A stretch of DNA of 64,000 bases from Nitrospirota bacterium (GCA_963749655.1 CAVVOB010000013.1:1-64000), one strand, 5' to 3'; positions 10,444-21,862 are shown, counted from the stretch's first letter. Notes: generated from the letters alone by a model not told the origin. Numbers and translations: made by a program.

Positions 10444-10516
10444 CGTGCACGTGTCATTGGGCGGACTCGTAAATCCAGCACTTCTTGGGACAGCCATCCG
10501 CTTAGCGCATTCTTCA

Positions 10517-12898
10517 TTACTCTACCTGAATATTTATCTTAGCCGCATAGTTACTGGGGGTTACAGCGTGTACGGTATGTTTCCCGCGAGTGAGTTCCCA
10601 TAATAATTCGTAAGGGGGCGGGACCCGCGCCACTTCAAAGCCATCGATCAACCAGACGACATATTCCACGACAGGTTCAGGAACGGCCCTAAAGAGCACT
10701 CGATTCGAGGAATGATTCGACAGAATAAAACGATCCATCTCATGAGGATTTATGATCTCAATATGTGATTTTCCGGTTTGTGTCGATCTATGTCGAGATC
10801 CTTCCGGTAGAGGCTTTGGTCGCATCAGGCGAAATCTTCCTTTGCCTTGTTCATGTTCTCGCCTGTCTATCCACTGAGCATATGGCGCGCCTAGAGGATG
10901 ATGAGCCTGATCGTCGTGAGCAAGCTCGCATTCAGGAATCGTTTCTTGATTTTCGACAAAAAGGTCAGTCGTCGTATAAGGACACTTAGATGTTGCGAGC
11001 TTTCCGGACATGGAACAAATGACTCGTTCCTTAACAGTTGCGGGCCTATTGAACTCTCCAGGATTTTGGTCCTGGTAAAGATGCTTAATTAAATCACGCA
11101 AAATCGGTCCGGACGCCGCAGCTCCTGATGCTCCGTAACTGGGGCTACCATTGAAATTTCCGCACCAAATACCGATTACATGCCTCGGGGTGTATGCTAT
11201 TGCCCAGCAATCTCGGAATCCGCTGCTGGTACCAGTCTTGAGGGCGACAGGAAATCCGAAATCAAAATATGTGGGGTTTCCGAAAGTGAGCAAGCGAGCG
11301 GATGAATCGGCCAGTATATGGCTAACAATATAAGCCGTTTCTTTAGAAAATTCTCTTCGCGTGGAAGCGGCCGTATCCGCAAGTACTGTCAAAGGCCGGT
11401 ACTCGCCCTCTTGCGCTAGAGCGCCGTAAGCTTGCACCAGGCGGTAAAGATTTACTTCCAGATTTCCTATAGCTAGGCCCAGTCCAAAGTCGTTTGCGGA
11501 TCTGCGCTTATTTGACGCAAGCTCCAGGCCTTCCAGGAAATGATAGAAGGGCTCGGTTCCAATTTTTCGCGCCATTTTCACAGCGGAAATGTTCAATGAA
11601 TTTCCCAGAGCCGAACGTATGCTTACGGGGCCATAAAAACGGCGATCCGCATTCAAAGGAAGATAGTCTCCTTGGGGAGTCCGATAGGAACGGAACGTGT
11701 CGGGAATTTCAGTCGCTGCGTTACTGCCTTTTTCCAGTGCCATAGCGTAAAGAAACGGCTTTAAAGTGGAGCCGGCGCTCCTGGAGGCAAAGACCGCATT
11801 ATTGAAGCCTTGATCTTTTTCTCCGTATCCCAAGGAACCAACCATCGCGAGAACTTCACCGCGTGTCGAGGCAATAAGACAGCCCGATTGACTGACACCG
11901 ATTCGCCGTAGCCGATTCTTATGTGAAGCGAAAATTCCTTCGACGGATTTTTGAAGACCAAGATCAAGAGTGGTCGTAATCAGCCTTTTCTTACGCGATG
12001 CCCGAGACATGACAAATTCGACAAAATGAGGCGCTTCCAAAGGAATGCCCGAGAAATGAAAATCAATCGACCATGATACGGCAGAATTGAAGATGTCGTC
12101 CGACAACCAGCCTTGCTTGGCCATTGCTGCCAAAATTCGGTCTCTTTCCCTTAGCAATGATGTCCGTCCCTTTTTTCGACGTGGATCATACTTGGATGGA
12201 GAACGTGGCAGAGCCGCGATTGTAGCAGCTTCACTGATGTTAATTTGCTTTATGCTTTTCCCGAAATACATTCGAGCTGCCAGCCCGGCCCCTCTGATAT
12301 TCCCACCCATGGGCGATAGATTCAGATACAGTTCGAGAATTTGATCTTTGGATAATTGCAATTCCATTTTAATGCTTGCCAAAAGCTCTATAAATTTGGA
12401 GCGATATGTTCTGGGCCTGGGCTGGAGCAATCTGACAACTTGCTGAGTTATGGTGCTGGCTCCTGATACGGTTCGTCCAAATTTGATACTTGTATAAAAG
12501 GCTCGGACTATAGCTATAGGATCAAAACCCGGGTGAAAGTAAAAGCGCTTGTCCTCTGCTGCAATGACTGCGAGCTTCAGACACTCCGGAAATTCGTCAA
12601 ATCCGTGCCAGACACTGAAGCGCTCTTTGGAATCGGGGAAGATACGCAGAATACGATTGTGGCGATCAGCTACAGCGATGCCGCATTGAGAAGATTGCGT
12701 GTTTGCTTCTAAGTTATAATCCGGAAGCCAAAAATAGACAGCCGCGGAAACTGCTGCTACAAACACTAAGAAAGCAAGAGCCGTAATAATCCGGGTACGA
12801 GCGACTGCAACAGCCCTGCGGTTCCGATCTCCCTTAGATGAACGATTGCGGTTAGAAGTGATGTCGGCAGTCCCACTGATTTTAGAATTCATGCTCAA
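10517..12898 (-). CDS. pbpC: Penicillin-binding protein 1C
   Basis: N-terminal TM helix; transglycosylase EDKRFYFHPG and GASTITQQ; transpeptidase STLK, SLN and KTGT; C-terminal PbpC-type domain. Confidence 0.92.
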   Translation of the reverse strand: MSMNSKISGTADITSNRNRSSKGDRNRRAVAVARTRIITALAFLVFVAAVSAAVYFWLPDYNLEANTQSSQCGIAVADRHNRILRIFPDSKERFSVWHGFDEFPECLKLAVIAAEDKRFYFHPGFDPIAIVRAFYTSIKFGRTVSGASTITQQVVRLLQPRPRTYRSKFIELLASIKMELQLSKDQILELYLNLSPMGGNIRGAGLAARMYFGKSIKQINISEAATIAALPRSPSKYDPRRKKGRTSLLRERDRILAAMAKQGWLSDDIFNSAVSWSIDFHFSGIPLEAPHFVEFVMSRASRKKRLITTTLDLGLQKSVEGIFASHKNRLRRIGVSQSGCLIASTRGEVLAMVGSLGYGEKDQGFNNAVFASRSAGSTLKPFLYAMALEKGSNAATEIPDTFRSYRTPQGDYLPLNADRRFYGPVSIRSALGNSLNISAVKMARKIGTEPFYHFLEGLELASNKRRSANDFGLGLAIGNLEVNLYRLVQAYGALAQEGEYRPLTVLADTAASTRREFSKETAYIVSHILADSSARLLTFGNPTYFDFGFPVALKTGTSSGFRDCWAIAYTPRHVIGIWCGNFNGSPSYGASGAAASGPILRDLIKHLYQDQNPGEFNRPATVKERVICSMSGKLATSKCPYTTTDLFVENQETIPECELAHDDQAHHPLGAPYAQWIDRREHEQGKGRFRLMRPKPLPEGSRHRSTQTGKSHIEIINPHEMDRFILSNHSSNRVLFRAVPEPVVEYVVWLIDGFEVARVPPPYELLWELTRGKHTVHAVTPSNYAAKINIQVE

Positions 12899-13108
12899 AG
12901 ATCCCTAATTTAGAAAATTAGCGGCCTCGATTAATTCCGAACAATTGGAAGTGTAAGAAACCGATCACGAAGCTATCATCGAAAATTCAGAAGGATCTCC
13001 TATTTTCAGTTTTATAAATTCATATAATGTTCCATACAGCAAAAATCCAGCTTTCAATATATTGAATTAATCCGGAAACACGGTCAACAGTCACTTACTT
13101 GAGTAATC

Positions 13109-13615
13109 ATGATTGCAGCAGCGGACGTTTATTATTTCAATAATTCGGCTGTCGCGGCCGCGATTCTTTTCGATGATTGGCGTTCAGACCAACCCGCGAT
13201 TGAGATCCGGCAAAACGTGACAAATGTTGAGCCTTACACACCCGGATTTTTTTATAAACGCGAGCTGCCTTGTCTGCTAAAAGTTCTTGAGCAAGTGAAG
13301 AATCGATTTGAAATCATTATCATTGACGGGTATGTTTGGCTTGATTCCGGAAAGCGTCCCGGTCTCGGTGCGCATCTTTACCAGTTTCTTGGAGAGAAAA
13401 TTCCCGTAATCGGAGTAGCAAAAACCAAATTCAAAGAGGCGAGTCATGCCGTACCGGTCCTGCGAGGCCGAAGTCGCAGAGCGTTATATGTCACTGCGGC
13501 AGGAATCAAAGTGGCTGTGGCTGCAAAGCATATCGAAAGTATGCACGGCCGCTATCGCATCCCAACTCTTTTGAAGAAAGTGGATTTGCTGTGCCGTGAT
13601 CCAAAATACGTGTAG
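13109..13615 (+). CDS. nfi: Endonuclease V family protein (short form)
   Basis: DVYY, PYTPGFFYKRELP, IIDGY, IGVAKT, RIPTLLK. Confidence 0.8.
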   Translation: MIAAADVYYFNNSAVAAAILFDDWRSDQPAIEIRQNVTNVEPYTPGFFYKRELPCLLKVLEQVKNRFEIIIIDGYVWLDSGKRPGLGAHLYQFLGEKIPVIGVAKTKFKEASHAVPVLRGRSRRALYVTAAGIKVAVAAKHIESMHGRYRIPTLLKKVDLLCRDPKYV

Positions 13616-13698
13616 AAATGCTGAAATGGCAACTCACCGTAACTGCTCATTTTGTGGTAAAAGAATAACGCGTAATATTGATGTCTTGAGGGATCAGG

Positions 13699-16600
13699 AT
13701 GGACGAAAAAGAGCTTCTCATATTTGAGGATGAGCAGGACACCACGTCCCCGTCTGTAATTCCCGGACAGCACACAGAAACTATCGAACTATCCGATTTA
13801 TTTTCGAAGACCGTTACAATTTCGGGTACTTTTGATCTGAATGAACAGCAAGCCAGTTCTCTTGGAAAGTTATTGCACGCCTTACCCCTTCCATCTTTGG
13901 TAATAGACCGTTCATTTAGAATTGGTTTTGCGAATAAATCATGCCGAAAAATTAGCCCTGAGTACAAGAAAATGGTTGGTGAAAGTCTATCTTCCATTTT
14001 CCCTGATCCGGCCGCGCCCAAAAAGGTGGAATCAATGGTGGAGGGAATCTTTCTGACAAGAAAACCGCAGATGGCTCAAGCCATTATCGGAGTCGGAAAG
14101 CACAAAATGTTCGGTCGATTGAATTTTAGACACCTCAAGATAGGCGAAACCCATTCCGTGTTACTGATCATTGAAGATCTCACTTTGGAAAAGAGACAGC
14201 TTCTCCTCAATCAAAAACATCATCGAGAATTGGAACGGGCACAAAATGAGCTTGAGCACCGTGTGAAGGAGCGAACCGCGGAACTCAAAACAATAAACGA
14301 AATACTTCAACGCGAAATTGGTGAGCGAAAACGTGCTGAGAAAGATCTTGAGACGGAACTAAATAAATTCCAGGTGCTCTATGATGTAGCCGTTGCTATG
14401 ACTGCGGAGCGAAACCTGGAGCAAAATCTTGCGCTCGTCGTAGAAAAAAGTAGAGAACTCCTTGCAGCGGATACGGCGTATATTGCTCTGCCTGATGAAG
14501 AGACCGGCTGTGTATGCATGCACACTCTGTCGGGAATCAATACGGAAGCATTCAAGAAAATGCGGATGCCTTTTGGATCCGGTTTAGGCGGAAAGGTGGC
14601 CGCAACCAGTTGTGGATACATAGTTTCGGATTATTTTCAGGAGATCGAACCACTATTGCACGATATAGTCCGTGCGGAAGGACTCATCTCCGGTATGGCA
14701 GTCCCGATACAGATCGGGCACTCTAATTTGGGAGTTTTGTATGTATTCAATCGCACAAAAGGTTCCTATTCAGATTCCGATCTACGAACTCTATCCCTGC
14801 TGGGAAACCTGGCAGCCATAGAAATATCGCGCAAACGTGCCGAAAGCGATTTGCGAGAATCTCGTGACGAGCTGGAAGAGAGAGTTATTCAGCGAACAGC
14901 AGAATTGGCCGAAATCAACAAAATCTTGCAGACGGAAAATAGTGAGCGCCAAGCAGCGCAAGAAGCTTTGCGGCACAGCGAAGAAATGCTTAGTAACATT
15001 TTATCCGCTTCGCCTATGGGAATTGCCTACTTTGAAAAAGGCAAACTCAGGTGGACTAACCAGGCTATGTCTAAAATATTTGGCTACGAAGGAGACGAAG
15101 ATTACATAGGTAAAAAGCCAAAAGATTTCTTCTACTCAGAGGAGGAATATGCCTCAGTTCGGGAGCTGTTCCTCAAAAATCAGCAAGAAAAAAAACCTGT
15201 CGAAACTGAAGCTAAATTCAGACGTGTGGATGGTTCCATTTTTTATGGCCAATTGAGAATGAGTGTGCTCGATAGCGCCAACCCTCGCAAAGGGACAATT
15301 TCAACAATTACAGACATATCTGCAAGAAAAATGGCAGAGGAGTCCTTGCAAGAAAGCCGTGAAAGATATCGGACATTGGTCGAAGACAGTTTTGATGGGA
15401 TTTTTGTTCAAAAAGGCCCCAATATAGTTTTTGCCAATTCCAGATTATATCGAATGCTCGGATATGAGGATGGAGAGCTGAAAGGAGTGGAGCACTGGTG
15501 TATTTACCACCCGGATTCTCAGGCACTTACCCGAGAGAGGGCTGAAGCGCGCATGCGCGGGGAGGATGTCCCGGCGCAATACGAGGTTAAACTTCTTCGA
15601 AAGGACGGCTCTTCTTTTGAGGGTGAAATAAACGCCAGGGCGGTATCATTGGGGACTGAACCGGGTATTCAGGTTTGGGTAAGAGATATTACCGGACGAA
15701 AATTAGCAGAGGCCGCTCTACGCGAATCCGAGGAAAAATACAGAAGTATTATTGAAAATATTGAAGAGGCCTATTATGAGGTCGATCTGGCAGGCTATTT
15801 CACTTTTTTGAATGATGCAGCTGTTCAAATGCTAGGCTATAAGCGAGATGAGATCCTCGGCAAACACTATGAACAAATTTTAAAAACGGATAATGGTGCG
15901 CAAATTTCTGAAGTTTTTGGGACGGTGTCCAGGACTGAAAAATCAGTCAAAGCATATAAATGGAAATATTTAAGCAGAGAGGGAATCGAGAAAGATCTCG
16001 AAGTCTCAGTCTCTCTTATTAGGGATTCGGCAGGCAAGCCATCAGGGTTCAGGGGCATCTGTAGAGATGTGTCGGAGAGAATAAGGGCTGAAGAAGAATT
16101 GCTGAAGATGGAAAAGCTCGAATCAATAGGAGTTCTTGCCGGTGGCATTGCGCATGATTTCAACAACATTTTGACGGCCATTCAAGGTAATATTTCGCTT
16201 GCTAAAATGTTTGCCAATCCAAAAGATAAGATATGTCGGCGATTGGAGGAGGCCGAAAAAGCCGGGATGAGGGCTCGTGATTTGACACGGCAATTGTTGA
16301 CGTTTTCCAGAGGCGGAGCCCCAGTGAAGAAGACAATTCCCATTAACGATATAGTTCGAGATTCATGCGAATTTGCCCTGAGAGGTTCAAATGTCAAATG
16401 CGATTTGGAATTGCTGTCGGATGTTTGGGCTGTTGATGCTGATGAGGGGCAGATTGGGCAGGTTATTAGTAATCTGGTCATCAATGCCGATCAGGCCATG
16501 CCGCAAGGCGGCCATATAATGGTGGAGGCAGAAAATCTTATAGTAGCGAAGGACAGCGTGCTTCCATTGACTGAGGGCAGATATGTGAAAATATCCGTTC

Positions 16601-17226
16601 GCGATACCGGCTTCGGTATACCTGAGGAACACTTACCAAAGATATTCGATCCATATTTTACCACCAAGCAGAAGGGGAGTGGTTTGGGATTAGCGACATC
16701 ATACGCTATCGTCCAGAATCATCACGGGCTTATTACAGTTGAATCGGAATTGGGTTCGGGGACGAGCTTTCACCTGTATCTCCCAGCGTCTGAAAAACTG
16801 CAAGAATTTGAGTTCAAATCCGGCCCGGAACCTGTTAGAGGCAAAGGGAAAATCCTGCTGATGGACGATGATCAATTGATAAGGGATTTGGCGAATGAGG
16901 CTTTGTCAGCGCTGGGGTATGAAGTTATTTTGGCAGACGACGGCGAGAAAGCCATCGATCTATACAAAGCAGCGAAGAAGACAGCGGAATCGTTTGATGT
17001 TGTCATAATGGACCTGACCGTTCCAGGGGGCGTGGGCGGACAAGAAGCCATCGAAACCCTGCGCCGGTTCGATCCTGAAGTGAAAGCTATCGTATCGAGC
17101 GGTTATTCGAATGACCCAATTATGGCTGACTACAAGAAGTTTGGTTTTGAGGGGGTCGTCTGTAAACCTTATACTGTAAATGAACTTAGCGAAACGATTC
17201 AGCAAGTCATCATAGGTAATAAATAG
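13699..17226 (+). CDS. Hybrid sensor histidine kinase (PAS, GAF, 3 PAS, HisKA, HATPase, REC)
   Basis: GIAHDFNNIL, NLVINADQAM, FDPYFTTK, GSGLGL, C-terminal MDLTVPG receiver. Confidence 0.95.
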   Translation: MDEKELLIFEDEQDTTSPSVIPGQHTETIELSDLFSKTVTISGTFDLNEQQASSLGKLLHALPLPSLVIDRSFRIGFANKSCRKISPEYKKMVGESLSSIFPDPAAPKKVESMVEGIFLTRKPQMAQAIIGVGKHKMFGRLNFRHLKIGETHSVLLIIEDLTLEKRQLLLNQKHHRELERAQNELEHRVKERTAELKTINEILQREIGERKRAEKDLETELNKFQVLYDVAVAMTAERNLEQNLALVVEKSRELLAADTAYIALPDEETGCVCMHTLSGINTEAFKKMRMPFGSGLGGKVAATSCGYIVSDYFQEIEPLLHDIVRAEGLISGMAVPIQIGHSNLGVLYVFNRTKGSYSDSDLRTLSLLGNLAAIEISRKRAESDLRESRDELEERVIQRTAELAEINKILQTENSERQAAQEALRHSEEMLSNILSASPMGIAYFEKGKLRWTNQAMSKIFGYEGDEDYIGKKPKDFFYSEEEYASVRELFLKNQQEKKPVETEAKFRRVDGSIFYGQLRMSVLDSANPRKGTISTITDISARKMAEESLQESRERYRTLVEDSFDGIFVQKGPNIVFANSRLYRMLGYEDGELKGVEHWCIYHPDSQALTRERAEARMRGEDVPAQYEVKLLRKDGSSFEGEINARAVSLGTEPGIQVWVRDITGRKLAEAALRESEEKYRSIIENIEEAYYEVDLAGYFTFLNDAAVQMLGYKRDEILGKHYEQILKTDNGAQISEVFGTVSRTEKSVKAYKWKYLSREGIEKDLEVSVSLIRDSAGKPSGFRGICRDVSERIRAEEELLKMEKLESIGVLAGGIAHDFNNILTAIQGNISLAKMFANPKDKICRRLEEAEKAGMRARDLTRQLLTFSRGGAPVKKTIPINDIVRDSCEFALRGSNVKCDLELLSDVWAVDADEGQIGQVISNLVINADQAMPQGGHIMVEAENLIVAKDSVLPLTEGRYVKISVRDTGFGIPEEHLPKIFDPYFTTKQKGSGLGLATSYAIVQNHHGLITVESELGSGTSFHLYLPASEKLQEFEFKSGPEPVRGKGKILLMDDDQLIRDLANEALSALGYEVILADDGEKAIDLYKAAKKTAESFDVVIMDLTVPGGVGGQEAIETLRRFDPEVKAIVSSGYSNDPIMADYKKFGFEGVVCKPYTVNELSETIQQVIIGNK

Positions 17227-17431
17227 AAAACTTTCATAACCACGTAGCTGCCAAATGTGCACGATGCGGGGGAGTTGTACAGAACGGGAAGGTACAGTGG
17301 CTATACTGTCAAAATACAATAGTCATCACCATCCAAATTAATTCTCTTGAATCTACTGCATTCTTAATGCTAATCCATTAATCGATACAATCGACGCTGA
17401 TCTGAGGCGTTCGGAAGGTGGAGAGGAACAA

Positions 17432-18262
17432 ATGAGAATTGTTACAATATCGAGACTGTTAGGAGCTTATGGAGACATTATAGCCCCTATAGTGGCGCGA
17501 CGAATGGGGCTGTCACTAATCGGCCGAGATCAATTACATGAGCTTGCGCAAGGTTGTGATCCGGAGTTTACCGACATTTGTTCAATATATGAAACCGAGC
17601 ATGGTCCGCATTTTTTTGAGAGGATCTTCTTTGATAGGCCGTCATATACAAGCGTTTTTGAAGCTTTGACTTTTGAACAGGCAAGCCGCGGCAATGTTGT
17701 GATTGTGGGGCGTGGCGCGCAAATAATCTTGCGAGAAGTCCCGGGAGTGGCAAGGGTTCGAATTGTCGCCCCAAAGGATATTCGAGTAAACAGGATCATG
17801 GAGAGACTGAACTTCTCCCGAGAAGAAGCGGAAGATTACGCGCATAAGTATGATCATGAACGGGAAAACCTCGTTCGATCAATTTTTCAAAGTGATCCCC
17901 AGGATTGGTCATTGTACGATGTTATCGTTAATACCGAACGTTTTAGCGCAGGCGATGCTGCGCAACTCGTCATCGAGGCGGTCGAAAAAATAGAGAAAGT
18001 TCCGGATGAGGAAGCTCTTAAAGAGAATCTCAGAAACAAGGCTCTTGCCAAACGAATTGAAGCGCTGATCCGAAAAGTTCTGACTTCTGCCGTAGCCAGA
18101 TATGTGATGGTCAAGGTCGAACCGGGTGGGTTGGTGAAGCTCTCCGGTCGTATCAGGGAGAAGACCAATAAAGAAAAAGCGGAAGAACTCGCTTCGCAAT
18201 TTCCGGGCGTGACAAAAGTGGAAAATGATTTGAAGGTAATGGAACTAAGCTTCGGATATTAA
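17432..18262 (+). CDS. Cytidylate kinase-like family protein with C-terminal BON domain
   Basis: IVTISRLLGAYG, VIVGRGAQ, YDVIVNT; BON-like VKLSGRI...AEELASQFPGVTKVENDLKV. Confidence 0.85.
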   Translation: MRIVTISRLLGAYGDIIAPIVARRMGLSLIGRDQLHELAQGCDPEFTDICSIYETEHGPHFFERIFFDRPSYTSVFEALTFEQASRGNVVIVGRGAQIILREVPGVARVRIVAPKDIRVNRIMERLNFSREEAEDYAHKYDHERENLVRSIFQSDPQDWSLYDVIVNTERFSAGDAAQLVIEAVEKIEKVPDEEALKENLRNKALAKRIEALIRKVLTSAVARYVMVKVEPGGLVKLSGRIREKTNKEKAEELASQFPGVTKVENDLKVMELSFGY

Positions 18263-18298
18263 CAAGGGGGAAATCACAGAATCGGCTGCTCAAGATAT

Positions 18299-18493
18299 TT
18301 ATGAGCCTTGTTGACCTTTGCCGTCCAGCTCCTTCGGCTGCACTCGTTGACCATCTTCGGCGCTCTGCCCGAGATCAAGGGCAACTTTCTCTCCTTCCTG
18401 CACACCTGAACTGAGTCTGACTGTTTTGCCGTCACTTTCATAAATTTCAACAGGTCTCAGACTTACCTTGTCTTCAGGCGTTATGATGCCCAC
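18299..18493 (-). pseudogene. 3' fragment of an RND efflux periplasmic adaptor gene
   Basis: VSLRPVEIYESDGKTVRLSSGVQEGEKV...DGQRVQP resembles an MFP C-terminus; in-frame stop just upstream. Confidence 0.55.
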
Positions 18494-18673
18494 TAATCGT
18501 CACCGGAGCAGCCATTAGCGCCGGACACGGTATTCCCCCCGCCCCTTTTGTTGCCTGGTAATTCTCGACACGAAGCGTGACATGACTCCGGCAAATATTT
18601 GGAGGGTATCATGCGTAGGACAGTTGGAATTGAAGCTTTGTTTCCTGAAAAAGGACTGTCGTGGCCTTAAGCT

Positions 18674-19120
18674 TTATTGCGGTCCATTGAAATAGGTTTT
18701 GATGCTGATACAGTCAGCTGTTCCTAGTCTTGCCAGCGAGACGTCCGCGTCTTGCCTGATTCTTTCATCAATAATAGATTCCAACCGATCGGTATCCCAC
18801 CCGATGTGCACTGTTTTCCGATCCACGACAAAGCCGGGAAGTTTTGAGAAGCGGTGTCGAATCTGCTTCCAGATTCCTAGCGGAGACTGGGCATCGATTA
18901 ATTGGATTCTTATCCGATGTTTGTAGAGTTGGGAAGCGTTTATCATCCATTCGTGCAGCTTCTTGACATCCTCTCTCCAGTCTTCGGGATATTCATCTGC
19001 ACTTGCACGGTGATAATTCTGAGGTAGTCCTGACCGATCCAATATCAATGAACAATTCTTGCACCCGAATTCCAGGCTGGTAATTAATGGGAAAATCACT
19101 TCAACTTGAATTGGAGTCAT
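18674..19120 (-). CDS. Hypothetical protein with CxxC, possibly thioredoxin-like fold
   Basis: AGGAGG RBS before ATG 19120; GCKNC motif; IQLIDAQSPLG...LPGFVVD. Confidence 0.7.
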   Translation of the reverse strand: MTPIQVEVIFPLITSLEFGCKNCSLILDRSGLPQNYHRASADEYPEDWREDVKKLHEWMINASQLYKHRIRIQLIDAQSPLGIWKQIRHRFSKLPGFVVDRKTVHIGWDTDRLESIIDERIRQDADVSLARLGTADCISIKTYFNGPQ

Positions 19121-19449
19121 TATTAATCCTCCTGTCGAATAGACAGTCACCAATGACAAATATCTTACAACTTGAATGAAATGTACATTCACATTGCTAA
19201 ATTGGCAAGTGAACTTGCCATGTCAGCACTTAAAAAAGGCAAATATTTTGGGCATCAAGAAACAATAAATTGGGGACCGACACGAACAGAATCGCCTTAT
19301 TCATAAGGGTTAATTTCTAAGTATATCGGCTCGCGGTGCATCCTTACAACTGAAAAAGTTGACAATGCCCGGACAGCGGCTTAGAGCTTCATAGCCAATG
19401 ATCTTCGGATGGTCCGAACCCGAGGATCGTTAGAATCGGTAATCGGAAG

Positions 19450-19942
19450 TTGGTCGTGAGAAGTAGGATCACAGCACGATTTTGCCTTGTAATTTATATC
19501 ATTGCCTCAGTGGGAGGTTTATTTGACGCGGGATGTTGTTATGAGCACACAGCACATCTCGCCGGAACTGATGCGGTCCACGAGCATGTTCACTCCAAGA
19601 ATCAGCTTGCAGTGCATAGCTTCATTCATGCAGCGTTGTTGACGGATCAGCGATTTTCTGGCCTCGCCTTGTTGTTGCTGTGTTTATCCCGGCCATGACG
19701 AGGTGGAACTCTCGGCCCATGTGTTGACAAATCATCGGAGCTGGTCTGATTTTTCAATCGGACTGAGTCCCGCAGTTTTATCCGCAGTAAATGACCTTCA
19801 GCCCACAAATGTCGGAATGCGTGTTCCGCCCGAAGGTCTTCAAAGCCTGTCATGCCCTTCTATCCCTCCATACAATCGTTCTCCTCATTTGATTCGCGCT
19901 TTTCGGCTGCACTCAATTAGCAGCGGTCGTTTGAACCTCTAA
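19450..19942 (+). CDS. His/Cys-rich exported protein upstream of the czc cluster, probably frameshifted
   Basis: Hydrophobic N-terminus, then CCYEHTAH...HEHVH; 3' boundary uncertain. Confidence 0.35.
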
Positions 19943-20042
19943 GAGACCCAATCTTACAGGGTTGGAAGTCCAGCTGTGATCGTGCGGTCAATGACAATAA
20001 TGCTTTTCAATGGTCGCAGTATTCGCCAGGAGAGATCTTGTC

Positions 20043-20283
20043 ATGAAACGAGGAATTATCCTTGTCGCGATGATCATTTCTTTGTCCTGCCACGCTGAAT
20101 GGGCTGATAAGAGCAGGCGCTCATTGCACCACTTTGGATCAAGAATGGCAAAAAGTTGAAGCCGGGCAAGAAATCCAGCAAAAGAGATGGAAGGCTATCG
20201 AACGGGAAGCTGAACGAATGCTCAAAGATAAAAGCGGTAATGAGGGCGTCTCGCAAACCAAGCCAAGGGGCAAAGGTTATTGA
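20043..20283 (+). CDS. Small secreted protein, one frameshift
   Basis: AGGAG RBS; MKRGIILVAMIISLSCHAEWA signal-like start; continues HCTTLDQEWQKVEAGQEIQQKRWKAIERE...GKGY-stop in a shifted frame. Confidence 0.45.
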
Positions 20284-20331
20284 ACATTAGCTTATCAGAT
20301 CATAGGAAATACCCGGAAAAGAGAGTGAGTA

Positions 20332-21862
20332 ATGTTAAGAAAAGAAATTATCGGTATCTGCATAGTGCGTCGTCTGTGGGGCTGGTCGCAGTGGTATGGC
20401 TCAGGCCTGACAGAGAAGAAGTCTACGGCTCGGCGGTCACGATGCCCATCATGGACATAGTCATAGCTCTCGACGGCCATGACCATTCTGATAATCGTGG
20501 CCCACATGGCGGCAAAATACTCAGTGAAGGGGAGTTCGAACTAGAGGTCGTTATATATGAAAAGGGCGCCACTCCTCATTTTCGAGTGTATCCCTCTTCA
20601 ACCACAAACCTCTTGATCCGAAAGAGGTGACAGTCTCTATCGAGCTGGAGCGCCTGGGCGGAAAAATCGACAGCTTTCAATTTATACCATCCAGCGATTT
20701 TCTTTACAGCGAACAGGAAATCGAGGAACCGCACTCCTTCTTCTTAAAAATTTTGGCTCAATGGAAGGGCGAAAAGCTGGATTGGGAATACTCTCAATAT
20801 GAAGGCCGGCTGACTGTTCCCCATGATTTGGCCGACAAAATGGGATTGAAGGCCGAACTTGCCGGACCTGGGCAGATCGTCTCGGAATTAAACCTTCCGG
20901 GGGAAATAGCCTTTAATGCCGATATGGTTTCGCATGTGGTCCCGCGAGTTCCCGGTGTGGTTTTAGAAGCGCGAAAGAAACCTGGGAGATACAGTCAAGC
21001 AAGGGAGAGATCATTGCGATTATCGACAGTCGTGAATTGGGGGATGCACGCAGCAGATATCTTCTGGGGCTGGAACGCGAAAAATTGGCCCGGTACAACT
21101 TCGAACGTGTTCAGCGACTCTGGGAGGCTCAGACGTGTTTCCGAAAAGGAATATCTGACGGCTCAAAAAGTTTTTCTAGAAGAAAAAATTGAAATGACAT
21201 CTGCCGAACGCAAGCTAAAAGCATTGGGGCTGAGTGAGAATGAAATCAATAGCCTAACCAAAGAGGACAATATCGATCTGACTCACTACATAATACGTGC
21301 GCCATTCGATGGAGTGGTGATTAGGAAACATCTGTCGCTTGGTGAATGGGTCAAGGAAGATGCGGAGATCTACCTGGTAGCGGACCTCTCCACAGTTTGG
21401 GTAGACATTATAGTCTACGCCAAAGATCTGAGTTCGATTCACATTGGTCAAGATGCGACCGTGAAAACGGATTCGAACGAGATTGAGGGAGTCGGAAAGG
21501 TGTCCTATGTCGGTCCTCTAGTAGGGGAGGAGAGCCGAACTGCTAAAGCGCGCGTAGTACTGCCTAACCCGGACGGCTCAATGGCGTCCGGGATTGTTCG
21601 CTAAGGTAGCACTTGTGAAACAGAATATTTCGCCTCCTGTTGTGGTAAAGACTCGAGGCCCTGCAAACCTACAGGAACAAGTCCGGTGGTATTTGTGCAG
21701 TTCGACGATCAGTATGAGGCCCGTCCGGTAACTCTCGGCCGCACCGATGGTAAATCCACGGAAATCCTTAAAGGTCTCTCTGCCGGAGAGCGCTACGTGA
21801 CAAAGAACAGCTATGTCCTCAAAGCTGAGTTGGGAAAAGAAGGTATGTCCCATGAACACTAG
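20332..21862 (+). CDS. czcB: CzcB/CusB-type heavy-metal efflux periplasmic adaptor, multiple frameshifts
   Basis: His-rich N-terminus, GPHGGKIL, EEPHSF, IRAPFDGVV, ADLSTVWVD, ESRTAKARVVLPNPDG, ends KAELGKEGMSHEH. Confidence 0.85.
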
